A stretch of DNA of 64,000 nucleotides from an uncultured Calditrichaceae bacterium. GTDB taxonomy: Bacteria; Calditrichota; Calditrichia; RBG-13-44-9. The notes under the pieces were generated by a model. The model did no database searches, was not told the origin of the DNA, and was given only the letters and a program-made list of their open reading frames with translations. Location: contig CAYVKM010000002.1 in the NCBI GenBank assembly GCA_964452045.1, positions 18,040 to 82,039 on the forward strand, in the 5' to 3' direction. The stretch's first letter is position 1. Each line of letters begins with the position of its first letter. The translations under genes were made by a program, and so were the position numbers. This document shows positions 8,940 through 20,160 of the stretch, one piece after another.

Positions 8940-9791
8940 TTAATCTGTTTTATCGGTTAATTGACTCCCAACCCTGATAATTACTTCTTTAATCAGCTTC
9001 TGAAATTTATCCTTCACCAAATTAGCAATTTCTGTGACTTCATCGTGGGAAAGTGCCTTATTCCCGATACCCGTTGCATAATTCGTTATGCAGGAGATTC
9101 CAGCCACTTTTATCTTATTAGTTCGGGCAATCAGAACCTCCGGCACAGTAGACATGCTCACAGCATCGGCCCCAAATGATCTGGCCATACGAACTTCTGC
9201 AGCTGTTTCATAGGTGGGGCCGGTCGAAACAAATAAAACACCCTGCCATAGAGGCATTTTAAGGTCCATACCGGTTTCTTCAATAATTTTGGATAATGAT
9301 GCATCATACGCATCACTCATGTCCGGCCAGCGAGTTTCACCTTTTACTACCCCGCCAGTCAACGGATTTCTAAACAAAAAATTCATGTGATCCCGGATAA
9401 TCATCAAATCGCCCGGTTTAAACTTGCGGTTGACCCCACCGGCCGCATTGGTAACAATAAGTACACCTACACCCAATCTGGCCATTATTCTTACTACATA
9501 AGCAACATCCTGGATATCATATCCCTCGTAAAAGTGGGTTCTTCCCTGTACGGCCATCACCGGTGTATTTGCAAGGTATCCAAAAACCAGAAAACCTTTA
9601 TGTCCCGTGACAGTGGAATGAGGATAATGGGGAATCTGATTAGTCGGAATTTTTATTTTCTTTTCCAGTTTATCGGCAAAATCGCCCAAACCCGATCCCA
9701 ATATAATTGCCACAACGGGTTTGAGCTGACAATGTTGTTTAATAAAGTCGAGGCTTTGCTGTATCTTTTTTTCGATGCTATTTTGATTCAT
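8940..9791 (-). CDS. punA: Purine nucleoside phosphorylase (trimeric PNP/MTAP family)
   Basis: 283 aa; PNP family motifs (LGSGLG, VMAVQGRTHFYEGY, VTNAAGGVN, MSTVPEV). Confidence 0.85.
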   Translation of the reverse strand: MNQNSIEKKIQQSLDFIKQHCQLKPVVAIILGSGLGDFADKLEKKIKIPTNQIPHYPHSTVTGHKGFLVFGYLANTPVMAVQGRTHFYEGYDIQDVAYVVRIMARLGVGVLIVTNAAGGVNRKFKPGDLMIIRDHMNFLFRNPLTGGVVKGETRWPDMSDAYDASLSKIIEETGMDLKMPLWQGVLFVSTGPTYETAAEVRMARSFGADAVSMSTVPEVLIARTNKIKVAGISCITNYATGIGNKALSHDEVTEIANLVKDKFQKLIKEVIIRVGSQLTDKTD

Positions 9792-10353
9792 TTATTTCCA
9801 GACGATTTTGTTTAAGCACAATTATAAATTTTACCAAATAATAAACAAATGAAATAATAATAATCAGGATGGTCAGAACCAACAATGGAATTTTTACCGG
9901 ATTAAAATCAAATAAATAGGAAAGCAATAAAAAAGAGATAACGGTTACGGCTATTTTACCAGGTAATTCCGAGGGGGCTACGTGATTAATTTTTCCGAGA
10001 AGAATTACTGAACCTAACAGAATGAGGAAATCCCTACCGACGATAAAAATAACCACCCAAAAAGGTAGTCCATATGCTTGGTAGAGAGCAATACTGCTTA
10101 AACCAACTGTAACTTTATCTGCCACCGGATCCAGTATCTTTCCCAGCTCACTGATTTCGTTTCTTTTCCGGGCCAGGTAACCATCGGCATAATCGGTGAA
10201 GATAGCGATAAGACTCAGCAGAATGGCCCCGATTGAATGGTGATTAATAATTAAAATATACAGGAAGAGACCAATGACGAGCCGAGAAAGACTTAACAGG
10301 TTTGATGCCGTCCAAACCTTCCCTTTTTCTAATAATATTTTATTCTGAATCAT
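9778..10353 (-). CDS. pgsA: CDP-alcohol phosphatidyltransferase (PgsA-like phosphatidylglycerophosphate synthase)
   Basis: D-x2-DG-x2-AR...G-x3-D-x3-D motif (DYADGYLARKRNEISELGKILDPVADK); multi-TM. Confidence 0.7.
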   Translation of the reverse strand: MIQNKILLEKGKVWTASNLLSLSRLVIGLFLYILIINHHSIGAILLSLIAIFTDYADGYLARKRNEISELGKILDPVADKVTVGLSSIALYQAYGLPFWVVIFIVGRDFLILLGSVILLGKINHVAPSELPGKIAVTVISFLLLSYLFDFNPVKIPLLVLTILIIIISFVYYLVKFIIVLKQNRLEINESK

Positions 10354-10401
10354 GATTTCAAATAATATAAAAAGATTAACTGTATCAGCAATTCACAAGT
10401 G

Positions 10402-12165
10402 TTATTGGATATAGAGATAAAATGGCAATATCGCTAAAGGTTCATAATCATTAAAATATAAATAACTCTTAAAATACGATCTCTTGTCCAGTGGTATAAA
10501 ATTTAGCACCGACAAATTTTTCACACTCAGACCGTCGGATAATAATCTGTCCAGTAACGATCTTTGACGTGGCAGCCTTCGGACATAAACTGCCTGCTCT
10601 TCGGGAATACCGATCATTTTTTTAACCATATTAATGGCTGTTTTTATGCCACCTATCTTATCCACCAGTCCATTTTTCAATGCCTGATCTCCGGTCCATA
10701 CCCTACCCTGACCGATTGCATCAACCTTTTCGGCACTCATTTTTCTTCCTTCTGCCACCTTATTAATAAAAATCTGATAAAATTCGTCAATTCCCTGCCT
10801 GATCAACTTTCGCTGTTTATCATTGAATTTGTTATATTCCGAAAATATATCGGCATTTTCGCCCCTGGGAATTTCAACTTTATTGATACCCAATTTTTTA
10901 TATAGATCTTTCAGGGAAAATTTGCCGGCGAATACTCCAATGCTCCCCATAATACTGCTTGGTTCACAGACAATACTGTCTGCAGGGACAGAAATATAAT
11001 ATCCACCAGAAGCGGCCATATCAGAAACAGATACCACAACCGGTTTCTTTTTCCTCGCTTCAAAAACTTCCCGCCAGATAATATCCGAGGCGATTCCTGA
11101 ACCACCGGGACTGTCCACCCGGAGCACGATACCCCTAATATTATTATCGTTTGCTACTTCACGAATAGTGTTGGCCATTCCATCCGAAATTATCATCCCA
11201 TCATCAGACATATCTTCCCCTACTCCGGAAACAATTGTCCCTGAACAGTAAATAATGGCAATTGTCTTATGCGCTTTTACACCCAATTTACTCATCGGTA
11301 TTTTTTTGTAACGGCCGTAGGAAACAAATCTGGGAGAATGGCCATTCATTTTCTTCAGATAATCTTTGAATTCATTAAAATACATAACAGTATCGGCAAG
11401 CCCGTTTTCCACCGCGTCAGAAATGGTATACATACCATGATTTATCAGTTTCCTTACCGTTTCCTGATCCAGATCTCGCTCTTCACTGATTGATTTTACA
11501 TACCGGCCAAAATAGTCATCTAACACGGAATTGAGGACTTCCCGCTGGGCCGGACTCATCTCCGAGCGGGTAAAAATATCCGGGGCATTTTTATATTTAC
11601 CATGAGCAATAAAATCTGCTTCCACACCAATTTTATTAAATGTCCCTTTTATAAAGAAACTGCCCCCTAAAAGTCCATTGATCATAAGCATTCCAGTGGG
11701 TGAGCCAAATATCATATCTCCGGTTAGAGAAAGATAATAATCTCTGTTTCCGCCCATTTCCAGGTAGACATAAACCGGCTTGCCGGTTTCCTGGAATTGA
11801 AACAGGGCATCCCTTAATTCTTCTATTTTTCCCCAACCGATACTGCTGCCCAGCGGTCGTAAAACGATTCCTCTAATTTTAGGATCGATGGTAGCCTTGT
11901 TTATACAGTCCAGCAGGCCTTCCATGGATGGCGGTTCACTGGTGAATAATCTGGAAAAAGGATCACTATAGCTACGTTCGGGGATTTCTCCATAAATATT
12001 CAATACCAGGTAACTGTCCCGGGAAATAGGCGGTGCACTTTCCATAAAGCTGGAAAGGAGGAGATAATAAAATACCCCCACTGAGATGAGAATTGCCAGA
12101 ACCAATAAAGTAATCTTCATCCAACTTTTCATATATAAATCCTCTCTGGTAAATTTCCGATTCAA
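10402..12165 (-). CDS. sppA: Signal peptide peptidase SppA (protease IV, 67K type, two ClpP/crotonase-like domains)
   Basis: 587 aa; N-terminal TM; tandem SppA domains with the Ser-Lys dyad region (SGGYYISVPADSIVCEPSSIMGSIGV). Confidence 0.8.
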   Translation of the reverse strand: MNRKFTREDLYMKSWMKITLLVLAILISVGVFYYLLLSSFMESAPPISRDSYLVLNIYGEIPERSYSDPFSRLFTSEPPSMEGLLDCINKATIDPKIRGIVLRPLGSSIGWGKIEELRDALFQFQETGKPVYVYLEMGGNRDYYLSLTGDMIFGSPTGMLMINGLLGGSFFIKGTFNKIGVEADFIAHGKYKNAPDIFTRSEMSPAQREVLNSVLDDYFGRYVKSISEERDLDQETVRKLINHGMYTISDAVENGLADTVMYFNEFKDYLKKMNGHSPRFVSYGRYKKIPMSKLGVKAHKTIAIIYCSGTIVSGVGEDMSDDGMIISDGMANTIREVANDNNIRGIVLRVDSPGGSGIASDIIWREVFEARKKKPVVVSVSDMAASGGYYISVPADSIVCEPSSIMGSIGVFAGKFSLKDLYKKLGINKVEIPRGENADIFSEYNKFNDKQRKLIRQGIDEFYQIFINKVAEGRKMSAEKVDAIGQGRVWTGDQALKNGLVDKIGGIKTAINMVKKMIGIPEEQAVYVRRLPRQRSLLDRLLSDGLSVKNLSVLNFIPLDKRSYFKSYLYFNDYEPLAILPFYLYIQ

Positions 12166-12172
12166 TTAAAGC

Positions 12173-13486
12173 TTATAAAGATACCAAAAAACCGGCAATG
12201 GTTGCGGTCATAAAAGTTGCGAGCGAACCACCCAGCACCGCCCGCAAGCCATAACGGGCCAGATCCTTCCGCCGGTTTGGCGCTATACCGCCGATACCAC
12301 CAATCTGGATGGCGATTGAAGAAAAATTGGCAAAACCACACAGGGCATAGGTGGAGATGATTCTAGCTTTTTCGGAAATCTCTCCCAGATGAACCATCTT
12401 GCCCAGATCCAGATAGGCGATAAACTCATTGATTACCACTTTTTCTCCGATCAGAGAACCCACTTTTACCGCATCCTGCCAGGGCACACCAATCACCCAG
12501 GAAATGGGTGAAAGTAAATAGCCCAGGATAAAATTCAGATTAATAGGTTTCCCCACTACCGCATTTAAACCGGTGATTCCGCCGATTCCTTCTAGAATAT
12601 AATTGATCATAGCGATGAGGGCAATAAAGGCCAGTAACATTGCCGCCACATTCAGAGCCAATTTCAATCCATCAGCGGCACCGGTGGCGGCGGCATCAAT
12701 TACATTGGCCGCAGTTTTTTCCACCTTCAGCTCAACCGATCCTTTGGTTTCCGAATGTTCGACCTCCGGAATTAGTATTTTGGCAATCACCATGGTTGCC
12801 GGAGCCGCCATAATGCTGGCGGACAGCAGGTGTTTAGCATAAAATACCTGCATCACCGGATCACTTCCACCCAGTATATTCACATAAGCCGCCAGTACCC
12901 CTCCGGCAATGGTGGCCATACCACCAACCATAAGGGTGAGTAATTCCGAGTGGGTCATAGTGGCGACGTAGGGCCGGACGACCAGTGGCGCCTCGGTTTG
13001 CCCGATAAATACATTTGCCGCAACGGAAAGGGATTCCGCACCGCTCACCCGCATCGCTTTGGCCATCACCCAGGCCATTCCCTGCACCACTTTTTGCATG
13101 ATCCCCAAATGATACAGGACTGACATCAGGGAGGAGAAAAATATAATGGTTGGTAATACCTGGAAAGCAAAAATAAATCCGAAACCCAGATTCTGTAAAT
13201 CTGCCGGCAGAATTTTCTCCATCTGGGCCTGGGAAGATAAAATACCAAAGACAAATGCCGCTCCCTCAAAGGTAAAATTTATGACGGTAACAAAAAACTT
13301 ACTCAAACCATCGAAGACATATTCTCCGCCTGGTACGATCAGGACAAAAATAGCAAAGACTGATTGCAAAGAGATCCCGACGCCGACCAACCGCCAGTCA
13401 ATTTTTCTTTTATTATTCGAAAATAAATAAGCAATACCAATCAAAACCAACAATCCCATAATCACAAAAAGAATATCTGTAATCAT
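12173..13486 (-). CDS. nupC: Concentrative nucleoside transporter (NupC family)
   Basis: 437 aa polytopic membrane protein with NupC/CNT-family conserved blocks. It sits within a nucleoside-salvage gene run. Confidence 0.75.
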   Translation of the reverse strand: MITDILFVIMGLLVLIGIAYLFSNNKRKIDWRLVGVGISLQSVFAIFVLIVPGGEYVFDGLSKFFVTVINFTFEGAAFVFGILSSQAQMEKILPADLQNLGFGFIFAFQVLPTIIFFSSLMSVLYHLGIMQKVVQGMAWVMAKAMRVSGAESLSVAANVFIGQTEAPLVVRPYVATMTHSELLTLMVGGMATIAGGVLAAYVNILGGSDPVMQVFYAKHLLSASIMAAPATMVIAKILIPEVEHSETKGSVELKVEKTAANVIDAAATGAADGLKLALNVAAMLLAFIALIAMINYILEGIGGITGLNAVVGKPINLNFILGYLLSPISWVIGVPWQDAVKVGSLIGEKVVINEFIAYLDLGKMVHLGEISEKARIISTYALCGFANFSSIAIQIGGIGGIAPNRRKDLARYGLRAVLGGSLATFMTATIAGFLVSL

Positions 13487-14106
13487 TTGCGATCCCCTTT
13501 CTCCTCTTTTTCCGGTCGACGGGGTAATTTCACATTTTTCCGGACTTCTTCGGGCGGTTCAAAGCAATTTCGGCATCGCGCTTCATAAACATCAGACGCA
13601 CCGACCACCACCCTTTCTTTATCTTCAGTTTTGCGTTGGGTATAGTTGGCGGGATTTCCACAAATTACACATATAGCATGGGTTTTATCAATATACTCAG
13701 CAACCGCTAACAATTGTGGTATTGGTTCAAATGGTTCTCCCCGGTAATCCTGATCCAATCCGGCCACGATAACCCGCTTTCCCATATTGGCCAATTTCTG
13801 GCAGACCAAAACCAGATCTTTATCAAAAAACTGCGCTTCATCGATGCCGACCACCTGGGCTTCCAGGGATTCTTCCAGAATATCCCAGGGACTTTCCACG
13901 TTGGTGGAGGGAATTTTTAATTCGCTATGGGATACAATATGATCCTCACTAAAGCGGTTATCGATCTTGGGTTTAAAAATGGCGACTTTTTGTCTGGCGA
14001 TCATCGCCCGGCGCAGACGACGAATTAACTCTTCACTTTTTCCGCTAAACATACTACCGCAAATCACTTCTATCCAGCCGGTATTTCGGTGAACAATGGG
14101 AATCAT
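13483..14106 (-). CDS. tdk: Thymidine kinase
   Basis: P-loop [20 protein letters not shown], and a C-terminal Zn-ribbon (CVICG...CRNC). It carries an extra ~25-aa charged C-terminal tail. Confidence 0.85.
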   Translation of the reverse strand: MIPIVHRNTGWIEVICGSMFSGKSEELIRRLRRAMIARQKVAIFKPKIDNRFSEDHIVSHSELKIPSTNVESPWDILEESLEAQVVGIDEAQFFDKDLVLVCQKLANMGKRVIVAGLDQDYRGEPFEPIPQLLAVAEYIDKTHAICVICGNPANYTQRKTEDKERVVVGASDVYEARCRNCFEPPEEVRKNVKLPRRPEKEEKGDRK

Positions 14107-14151
14107 TTTTTCTCCTATAAATGGAGTCTAACCTTTGAAAGTTTAATTATA

Positions 14152-14784
14152 TCAGGATAACAGCTTTTCAATTTTTGATCGAATGATATCTATGGCAATT
14201 ACATTTTTCCCGCCATGGGGAATAATAATATCGGCATAGCGTTTCGAAGGTTCGACAAACTGCATATACATGGGCCGGACTGTCTCCTGGTATTGTTTTA
14301 TCACGGAGTCAACCGAACGCCCCCGTTCATCAATATCCCTTTGCAGGCGCCGGATAAAACAAATGTCGGCCGGCGTATCAATATAAATCTTAATATCCAT
14401 CAATTCCCGCAGCTCCGGGATGGCCAGGATTAAAATCCCCTCCAGAATAACAATTTCATGCGGTCCGACCTTACGGGTCTCTTTCTTGCGGGTATGGGTG
14501 GTAAAATCGTACACCGGATGCTCAATGGTTTTGCGTTTCAGCAGTAACGATATGTGCTTCCGCAAAAGCTCGTGATCAAATGCATCGGGATGATCGAAAT
14601 TGAATTTAACCCGCTCTGCGAAGGGAAGATGCGCCAGGTCCTTGTAATAGGAATCTTCCTGCAGATTCACCACCTTTTCCGTTCCCAGTTGTTTGTACAG
14701 GGTATGCGCTACCAAAGTCTTTCCCGAACCGCTGGCACCGGCTATTCCGATGAGTATCCCCTTTTTATCCATTTGTGCATCCAA
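14152..14784 (-). CDS. udk: Uridine kinase
   Basis: P-loop GIAGASGSGKT with uridine-kinase family blocks throughout. The likely true start is the internal MDKKG at 14772. Confidence 0.85.
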   Translation of the reverse strand: MDAQMDKKGILIGIAGASGSGKTLVAHTLYKQLGTEKVVNLQEDSYYKDLAHLPFAERVKFNFDHPDAFDHELLRKHISLLLKRKTIEHPVYDFTTHTRKKETRKVGPHEIVILEGILILAIPELRELMDIKIYIDTPADICFIRRLQRDIDERGRSVDSVIKQYQETVRPMYMQFVEPSKRYADIIIPHGGKNVIAIDIIRSKIEKLLS

Positions 14785-14967
14785 TCAGGTTGAATATGAA
14801 CAGGAACAAAAATACTAACATTCATTTTGAAAAATCAATATATAATAAATTGATTTTGTCTGTATTTGCATTACCATTTATTCAAGGTGATGTAACACTG
14901 TTTTGCAGCCATTTGTGATCTTTGCTGAATTTCCTTATATTCCAAAAAAATATTCCGTTAGAATATC

Positions 14968-15501
14968 ATGCTGGATATTAAGGTCAGTACCGAGCAGATA
15001 AAATACGCTTATCATCTGGTGAGGAAGCACAACTTTGGCAACCGGGGCATTGCCGACGGTAATAAAACAGAACAGTTCATCGGAATTCTGGGACAAGTGG
15101 TCGTGGCTGATCTGCTGAAGTTGAAAAGACCGGATGGCACCGCCGGATTCGATGGCGGTTATGACTTTTTAATTGATGACAAAAAAGTGGACGTGAAGAC
15201 CATGGGACGAACTGTGGCGATGAAAAATTTTTATGTCCATAATTTTATCGGCTGGCAGAAGGACTTTGAGGTAGATTATTATCTTTTTTGTTCTTTTAAC
15301 AAACGAAAAAGGATCATGACCATTTGCGGCTGGATATCCAAAGCTGATTTCTTTCAAAAAGCAACGCTATACAAGCAGGGAACCCTGAGGTACCGGGAGG
15401 ATGGAACACATTTTGAAACCAAAGCCGATTTGTATGAGATTAAACAGCGGGATTTGAATGCGATAAACAGCACAACAGATATTCAAAATTCTTTCAGATA
15501 G
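14968..15501 (+). CDS. Candidate type II restriction endonuclease (PD-(D/E)xK-like)
   Basis: 177 aa with no family I recognise. Contains the putative nuclease core GGYDFLIDDKKVDVKT (D ... D-x-K). It is convergent with, and 26 bp from, a DNA amino-methyltransferase. Confidence 0.35.
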   Translation: MLDIKVSTEQIKYAYHLVRKHNFGNRGIADGNKTEQFIGILGQVVVADLLKLKRPDGTAGFDGGYDFLIDDKKVDVKTMGRTVAMKNFYVHNFIGWQKDFEVDYYLFCSFNKRKRIMTICGWISKADFFQKATLYKQGTLRYREDGTHFETKADLYEIKQRDLNAINSTTDIQNSFR

Positions 15502-15527
15502 AATTAATGAAAGGGTATTTTAGGAAA

Positions 15528-16640
15528 TTACTTTTCACCAACTCTCTGCAAAGCAATCTTACAATATTCTTCCGATACGTCAATTCCGATAAATCTTCTG
15601 CCCAGCCTTTGGGCAACCGCGGTAGTGGTCCCTGCCCCATTAAAAGGATCCAGTACCAGATCGTCCTGATAACTAAACAGTTTTAGCACCCGCTTTACCA
15701 GCTCTTCTGGAAACATGGCCGGATGCCCATATTTTTTCATCCCGCTCTCCGGAGCAATGGCCCATTTTGCCACCACCCATTTTTTAAACTCATCCACCCC
15801 AATGTCAATTTTGTCCCGCTCGCCCTGCTTTTTTAGTTCCCCTTTGCAAAATACCTCCAGGAATTCCCAGGTATATTTCAGATAAGGATTTGAGGGACTC
15901 TTCCAGCTTCCCCAGGCAGTGTATTTACAATTATAGTTGTTTTTCTCCCACAGAATCTCACCCTTCCAGATCATCTTTCGGTTGAGGAAATGATTGCTGA
16001 TAAGATGATGGCTGGGAATGTAATCCGAAAATAACGGTTGGATGTTGACTACAATTCTGCCACCATATTTCAGCACCCGGATACACTGATCGAAAATCCG
16101 GAATAATTTATCAAAATAGTCCTTCCAGAAGGAATCGTCCGGATGGGTTTCATATTCAAGTCCGAAGTTATAGGGCGGTGAGGTAAAAACCAGATCAACG
16201 CAGTAATCGGGCAGTTTTTTCAATACTTCCTCACTATCGCCGGTGATGATCTGGTTTTGAAATTCATCCGGGCACGCGGTGTTTTTATCCCGATATTTAT
16301 GCCCGATGGTGTAAAAATGTTTGACCCGGGCTTTTTCTTTGCTTTTCCGGTTTTGGACTTTACGTTCCTTGTTATATCCGACAAAAATCCGCTTCCCCCC
16401 CTTTACCCCGTAACTGCCAATCTTTTCAATGGCAGTGACCATTTCATCAATCAAGGATGAAGGTAACTTGCTCCGCAGAGATTGCAACGCCTTCAAATCT
16501 GCCTTATTCAGGTATAATTTAAGCCCCTGATTATCCGGTTCAAGGTAAAGCTCTTCGCGCTTCAGCTGCTGGTTGATCCGTTGCACATCCTCCAGAGCAG
16601 GTTCAAATTCAAGCGGAATATTAATCAGTTTATAGGCCAT
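15528..16640 (-). CDS. DNA methyltransferase, beta-class amino-MTase (N4-cytosine or N6-adenine) with ~110-aa N-terminal extension
   Basis: Catalytic motif IV TSPPY precedes the SAM motif I DPFNGAGTT (beta-class order). SPPY favours an m4C-type enzyme, but m6A cannot be excluded. Confidence 0.8.
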   Translation of the reverse strand: MAYKLINIPLEFEPALEDVQRINQQLKREELYLEPDNQGLKLYLNKADLKALQSLRSKLPSSLIDEMVTAIEKIGSYGVKGGKRIFVGYNKERKVQNRKSKEKARVKHFYTIGHKYRDKNTACPDEFQNQIITGDSEEVLKKLPDYCVDLVFTSPPYNFGLEYETHPDDSFWKDYFDKLFRIFDQCIRVLKYGGRIVVNIQPLFSDYIPSHHLISNHFLNRKMIWKGEILWEKNNYNCKYTAWGSWKSPSNPYLKYTWEFLEVFCKGELKKQGERDKIDIGVDEFKKWVVAKWAIAPESGMKKYGHPAMFPEELVKRVLKLFSYQDDLVLDPFNGAGTTTAVAQRLGRRFIGIDVSEEYCKIALQRVGEK

Positions 16641-16763
16641 AAATTTTCCAATAGATTTGAAACCAATTTAGCCATTCGCAGGAATTGAATCAACCGGAGA
16701 AATGCATCAAGCGCAAACAAAAAAGGGCTCATCATCCTTAATGAACCCTCAGTAGTTTATTTG

Positions 16764-16836
16764 AGGCGCCGGGCGGATTCGAACCGCCGAATGGAGGTTT
16801 TGCAGACCTCTCCCTTAGCCACTTGGGTACGGCGCC
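16764..16836 (-). tRNA. tRNA-Cys (GCA)
   Basis: Manually folded. Acceptor GGCGCCG/CGGCGCC; anticodon stem GAGGT/ACCTC with loop CTGCAAA (anticodon GCA); T-arm GGCGG-TTCGAAT-CCGCC; U73 discriminator typical of tRNA-Cys. No encoded CCA. Confidence 0.85.
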
Positions 16837-16984
16837 AGTTTAAAGGCAAACATAAAAAGGGTAAAGGTAAAAGGAATAAGTGAATTTAATTCGAAATCTT
16901 AATTTGTTTTATGAAAAAACCGGTTTTGCATTCGTGGGGAGAATTCGATTTTTAACTTTTTACTTTTACCTTTTTCCTTCTTTA

Positions 16985-17058
<74 letters not shown>

Positions 17059-17223
17059 ATTTTTCAGCAAAAACACCTTCAGCAAAATGCGCCTAAAGAT
17101 AACATCTATTGGTTGTTATGTCAATATCGTTTTTAAGTTTCTGAACGGCTTCCAAACGTTGCTAACCTGTTGTATTTTAATGGAGAATATGATATATTAA
17201 AACGAGAAAAATTAAAAATCCAG

Positions 17224-18552
17224 ATGAAAAGAATCTTAATAATCGGGCTATTACTTGCTATCTATCCAGGTATGTTCCGGGCTGAAGTCTATCATATCAA
17301 AATTGAAGGAACCATCGATCTCGGTTTGCCTCCATATATTGAACGTATTTTGAAGGAGGCAGAAAAGGACAGTGCCAAAGCCATTATTCTGGAGATTAAC
17401 ACCTTTGGTGGGAGGGTGGATGCTGCCACCCAGATCAAAGACCTCCTGCTCAATACTCCCCTTTTAACAGTGGCCTGGATAAACAAGCGAGCGATCAGCG
17501 CAGGCGCCCTGATCAGCCTGTCCTGTAATAAAATTGCCATGGTACCGGGAAGTTCGATTGGCGCCGCTACGGTGGTTGATCAAAGCGGCAAAAAAGCATC
17601 GGAAAAGGCTATCTCTTATTTTCGGGCAGAGATGGGGGCAACTGCGGAAAAGAACGGAAGAAACCGTCAAATCGCGGAAGGCATGGTAGATGAAGATGTA
17701 GTGGTTGAAGGTTTGTCGGAAAAGGGTAAACTGATTACCCTCACCGCACAGGATGCCATCAAATGGAAAATGGCGGATTTTATCGCCGAGCACTTTGGCG
17801 ATGTCCTGGACAGCCTCAATTTATCCGGCCAAGAAGTAGTGGAACCAAGTATAAACTGGGCGGAAAAAACTGTTCGTTTCCTCACCGATCCTATGGTCAG
17901 TTCGTTGCTAATCTCCTTAGGTCTTCTCGGATTATTCTTCGAAATAAAAAGCCCTGGCTGGGGGGTTCCCGGTACAGTCGGGCTCATTCTGTTGGCGCTC
18001 TTTTTTGGCAGTCACTATATCGTTAATCTGGCCAATATTATTGAAATTATACTTTTTGTGGTGGGGGTGGGCCTGTTACTCCTGGAAATATTTGTTATCC
18101 CGGGATTCGGCATCACGGGAATTGCCGGGATTATCATGATGATTGCCGGACTATATTTCAGCTTGCTGGGACAACTGCACCGGCTCAATCCTTCCGATTT
18201 CAGCACCGCCGCGGGATACCTTTCGCTTTCTATGATTATCACCTTTATCGGAATTTTTATCCTGCTGAAAATATTTCCACAAACCAGCATCTGGCGAAGA
18301 ATATCCTTATCCGGGACACAGCTGAGAGATGAAGGATATTTTGCCGCCCGTGATTATAGCCAGTATTTAGGCAAAAAAGGAATTGCTGTAAGCACCTTAC
18401 GACCGGCAGGTATTGGTCAGTTCGGAAAGGAACGTCTGGATGTGGTCAGTGAAGGAGAGTATATCGAAAAAAATACACCCATCATCATTTCCCAGGTTGA
18501 TGGGTATCGCTTAATTGTTCAGCCATTGAAAAAAAAGGGTAACAAAAAGTGA
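17224..18552 (+). CDS. Membrane-bound serine protease NfeD, long form (ClpP-like domain, TM segments, C-terminal OB-fold)
   Basis: Signal peptide from the ATG at 17224 (the ORF-track TTG start at 17170 is less likely). ClpP-class domain, 4-5 TM helices, and a C-terminal NfeD beta-barrel. It is upstream of floA. Confidence 0.7.
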   Translation: MKRILIIGLLLAIYPGMFRAEVYHIKIEGTIDLGLPPYIERILKEAEKDSAKAIILEINTFGGRVDAATQIKDLLLNTPLLTVAWINKRAISAGALISLSCNKIAMVPGSSIGAATVVDQSGKKASEKAISYFRAEMGATAEKNGRNRQIAEGMVDEDVVVEGLSEKGKLITLTAQDAIKWKMADFIAEHFGDVLDSLNLSGQEVVEPSINWAEKTVRFLTDPMVSSLLISLGLLGLFFEIKSPGWGVPGTVGLILLALFFGSHYIVNLANIIEIILFVVGVGLLLLEIFVIPGFGITGIAGIIMMIAGLYFSLLGQLHRLNPSDFSTAAGYLSLSMIITFIGIFILLKIFPQTSIWRRISLSGTQLRDEGYFAARDYSQYLGKKGIAVSTLRPAGIGQFGKERLDVVSEGEYIEKNTPIIISQVDGYRLIVQPLKKKGNKK

Positions 18553-19022
18553 GTAATGCCCTGCTCATCATATTCTTTATTATTGGCTTTTTATTGATTG
18601 CCATAGAAGTATTTATCACCCCCGGGCTCACTGTCTTTGGTGTCCTGGGGATTCTAGTCCTGGGCACAGGCATTTATTATGCTTTTGTTACTTTAAGTTT
18701 TGCCTATGCTTTAGGCGCTCTCTTTCTATCGCTACTGGTGGTTTTTCTTTTTCTTATCTGGTTTTTTAAATCCGGGATAAACCGGGGATTGGCATTAAAA
18801 ACCCGGGAGTCTCTCGCTTCCGGATTTAAGTCATATCAGGCGGAGTACAATCAATATCTTCATAAAACCGGAATTGCCCTCACCCCACTTCGCCCATCCG
18901 GCACTATCCGGATCAAAGACCAGAAAATAAGCGCTATGACCCAGGGCGAATTCATAGAACCCAATGAAAAAGTTAAGGTCATCCGGGTTGAAGGAAGTAA
19001 AGTTATTGTCGAAAAAATATAA
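18549..19022 (+). CDS. NfeD short-form membrane protein (YuaF/YqfB-like, TM plus OB-fold)
   Basis: 157 aa; three N-terminal TM helices plus a C-terminal NfeD OB-fold similar to the C-terminus of the preceding gene. 4-nt overlap with the upstream gene. Confidence 0.65.
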   Translation: MSNALLIIFFIIGFLLIAIEVFITPGLTVFGVLGILVLGTGIYYAFVTLSFAYALGALFLSLLVVFLFLIWFFKSGINRGLALKTRESLASGFKSYQAEYNQYLHKTGIALTPLRPSGTIRIKDQKISAMTQGEFIEPNEKVKVIRVEGSKVIVEKI

Positions 19023-19042
19023 ACTTAAAAAGGGAGATTAAC

Positions 19043-20038
19043 ATGGATATTTCATCGGGTCTTCTGATCCTTATCCTTTTCATTATTATTATTTTTCTGA
19101 TTCTGTTTTTCTATATCATTCCCATCGGGCTCTGGATAACCGCTCTGGCCGCGCGGGTGAAAATAGGATTGGGAAGTCTGATTGGTATGCGGTTGCGAAA
19201 GATACCGCCATCCCTTATTGTGAATGCCCTGATAAATGCTCAAAAGGCGGGCCTCGATATAAACTCCAGTATGCTTGAAACACACTATATGGCTGGTGGC
19301 AATGTAGTTAGAGTTGTAAACGCTCTTATTGCATCGGATAAAGCATCTATCCCCCTTACCTTCCAACAGGCCACTGCTATTGACCTCGCCGGCAGGCATG
19401 TCCTCGAAGCGGTGCAGACCAGTGTAAATCCCAAGGTAATAGATTGCCCTAAAACCGGAACCATTTCCGCTGTTGCGAAGGATGGAATCCAGTTACAGTC
19501 GAGAGCAAGGGTTACCGTTCGTACAAACATTGAACGCCTGGTGGGTGGTGCTACAGAAGATACCATTATCGCCCGAGTGGGAGAGGGAATTGTATCGGCC
19601 ATTGGGTCCTCATCTACCTACAAAGAAGTACTGGAAAATCCTGACCGCATTTCCAAGGCTGTATTGAATAAAGGTCTGGATTCAGGAACGGCATTCGAAA
19701 TTCTCTCGATTGATATTGCCGATGTGGATGTGGGGAAGAATGTCGGGGCGGAACTTCAGACAGATCAGGCAGAAGCCGATTTAAAAGTCGCTCAGGCAAA
19801 GGCCGAGACACGGCGGGCCATGGCGGTAGCCGCAGAACAGGAAATGAAGGCCAAGTCACAGGAGATGCGGGCAAAGGTAATTGAAGCGGAGGCGCAAATT
19901 CCCCTGGCCATATCCGAAGCGTTCAAAGAAGGCAAATTAGGTGTGTTTGATTATTATAATCTGAAAAATATCCAGGCAGACACCGGAATGCGTCAATCGA
20001 TTGCTGGTGAGGAAGGCGATAAACCGAATAAACAATAA
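19043..20038 (+). CDS. floA: Flotillin-like protein FloA (UPF0365/YqfA family, SPFH domain)
   Basis: 331 aa, the same length as B. subtilis YqfA/FloA. N-terminal TM, SPFH-like core, and an Ala/Glu-rich coiled-coil C-terminus. Confidence 0.8.
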   Translation: MDISSGLLILILFIIIIFLILFFYIIPIGLWITALAARVKIGLGSLIGMRLRKIPPSLIVNALINAQKAGLDINSSMLETHYMAGGNVVRVVNALIASDKASIPLTFQQATAIDLAGRHVLEAVQTSVNPKVIDCPKTGTISAVAKDGIQLQSRARVTVRTNIERLVGGATEDTIIARVGEGIVSAIGSSSTYKEVLENPDRISKAVLNKGLDSGTAFEILSIDIADVDVGKNVGAELQTDQAEADLKVAQAKAETRRAMAVAAEQEMKAKSQEMRAKVIEAEAQIPLAISEAFKEGKLGVFDYYNLKNIQADTGMRQSIAGEEGDKPNKQ

Positions 20039-20138
20039 TTGTTAACGATTTTGAAATATGACAGATTATAGAAGAAGATTTTATGTCATACCCGAAGTTT
20101 TAAGCGGGTATCCATTCTTTTCCATCCCTGGGTAATGG

Positions 20139-20160
20139 ATGCCCGATCTCAGTCGGGCAT
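20139..20160 (+). terminator. Stem-loop downstream of floA (8-bp perfect stem atgcccga/tcgggcat, 6-nt loop), no T-tract
   Basis: Perfect inverted repeat. A second imperfect stem (ggtatccatt ... aatggatgcc) overlaps its 5' arm. Confidence 0.3.

Noticed and set aside
14785-16763. The R-M pair as a tRNA-Cys-integrated genomic island with att repeats
   Set aside because: I looked for a direct repeat of the tRNA-Cys 3' end (aggcgccgggcggattcgaacc) in 14785-14967 and found none. No integrase is present, and the GC content is not clearly different from the flanking udk/tdk genes. I keep this only as an islet hypothesis, not a called mobile element.
17170-17223. TTG start at 17170 for nfeD and the 46735 start for the Omp85 gene from the ORF track
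   Set aside because: Downstream ATG codons (17224; 46567) immediately precede proper signal peptides, and the longer versions add non-signal N-terminal extensions that overlap upstream elements. I adjusted the starts.
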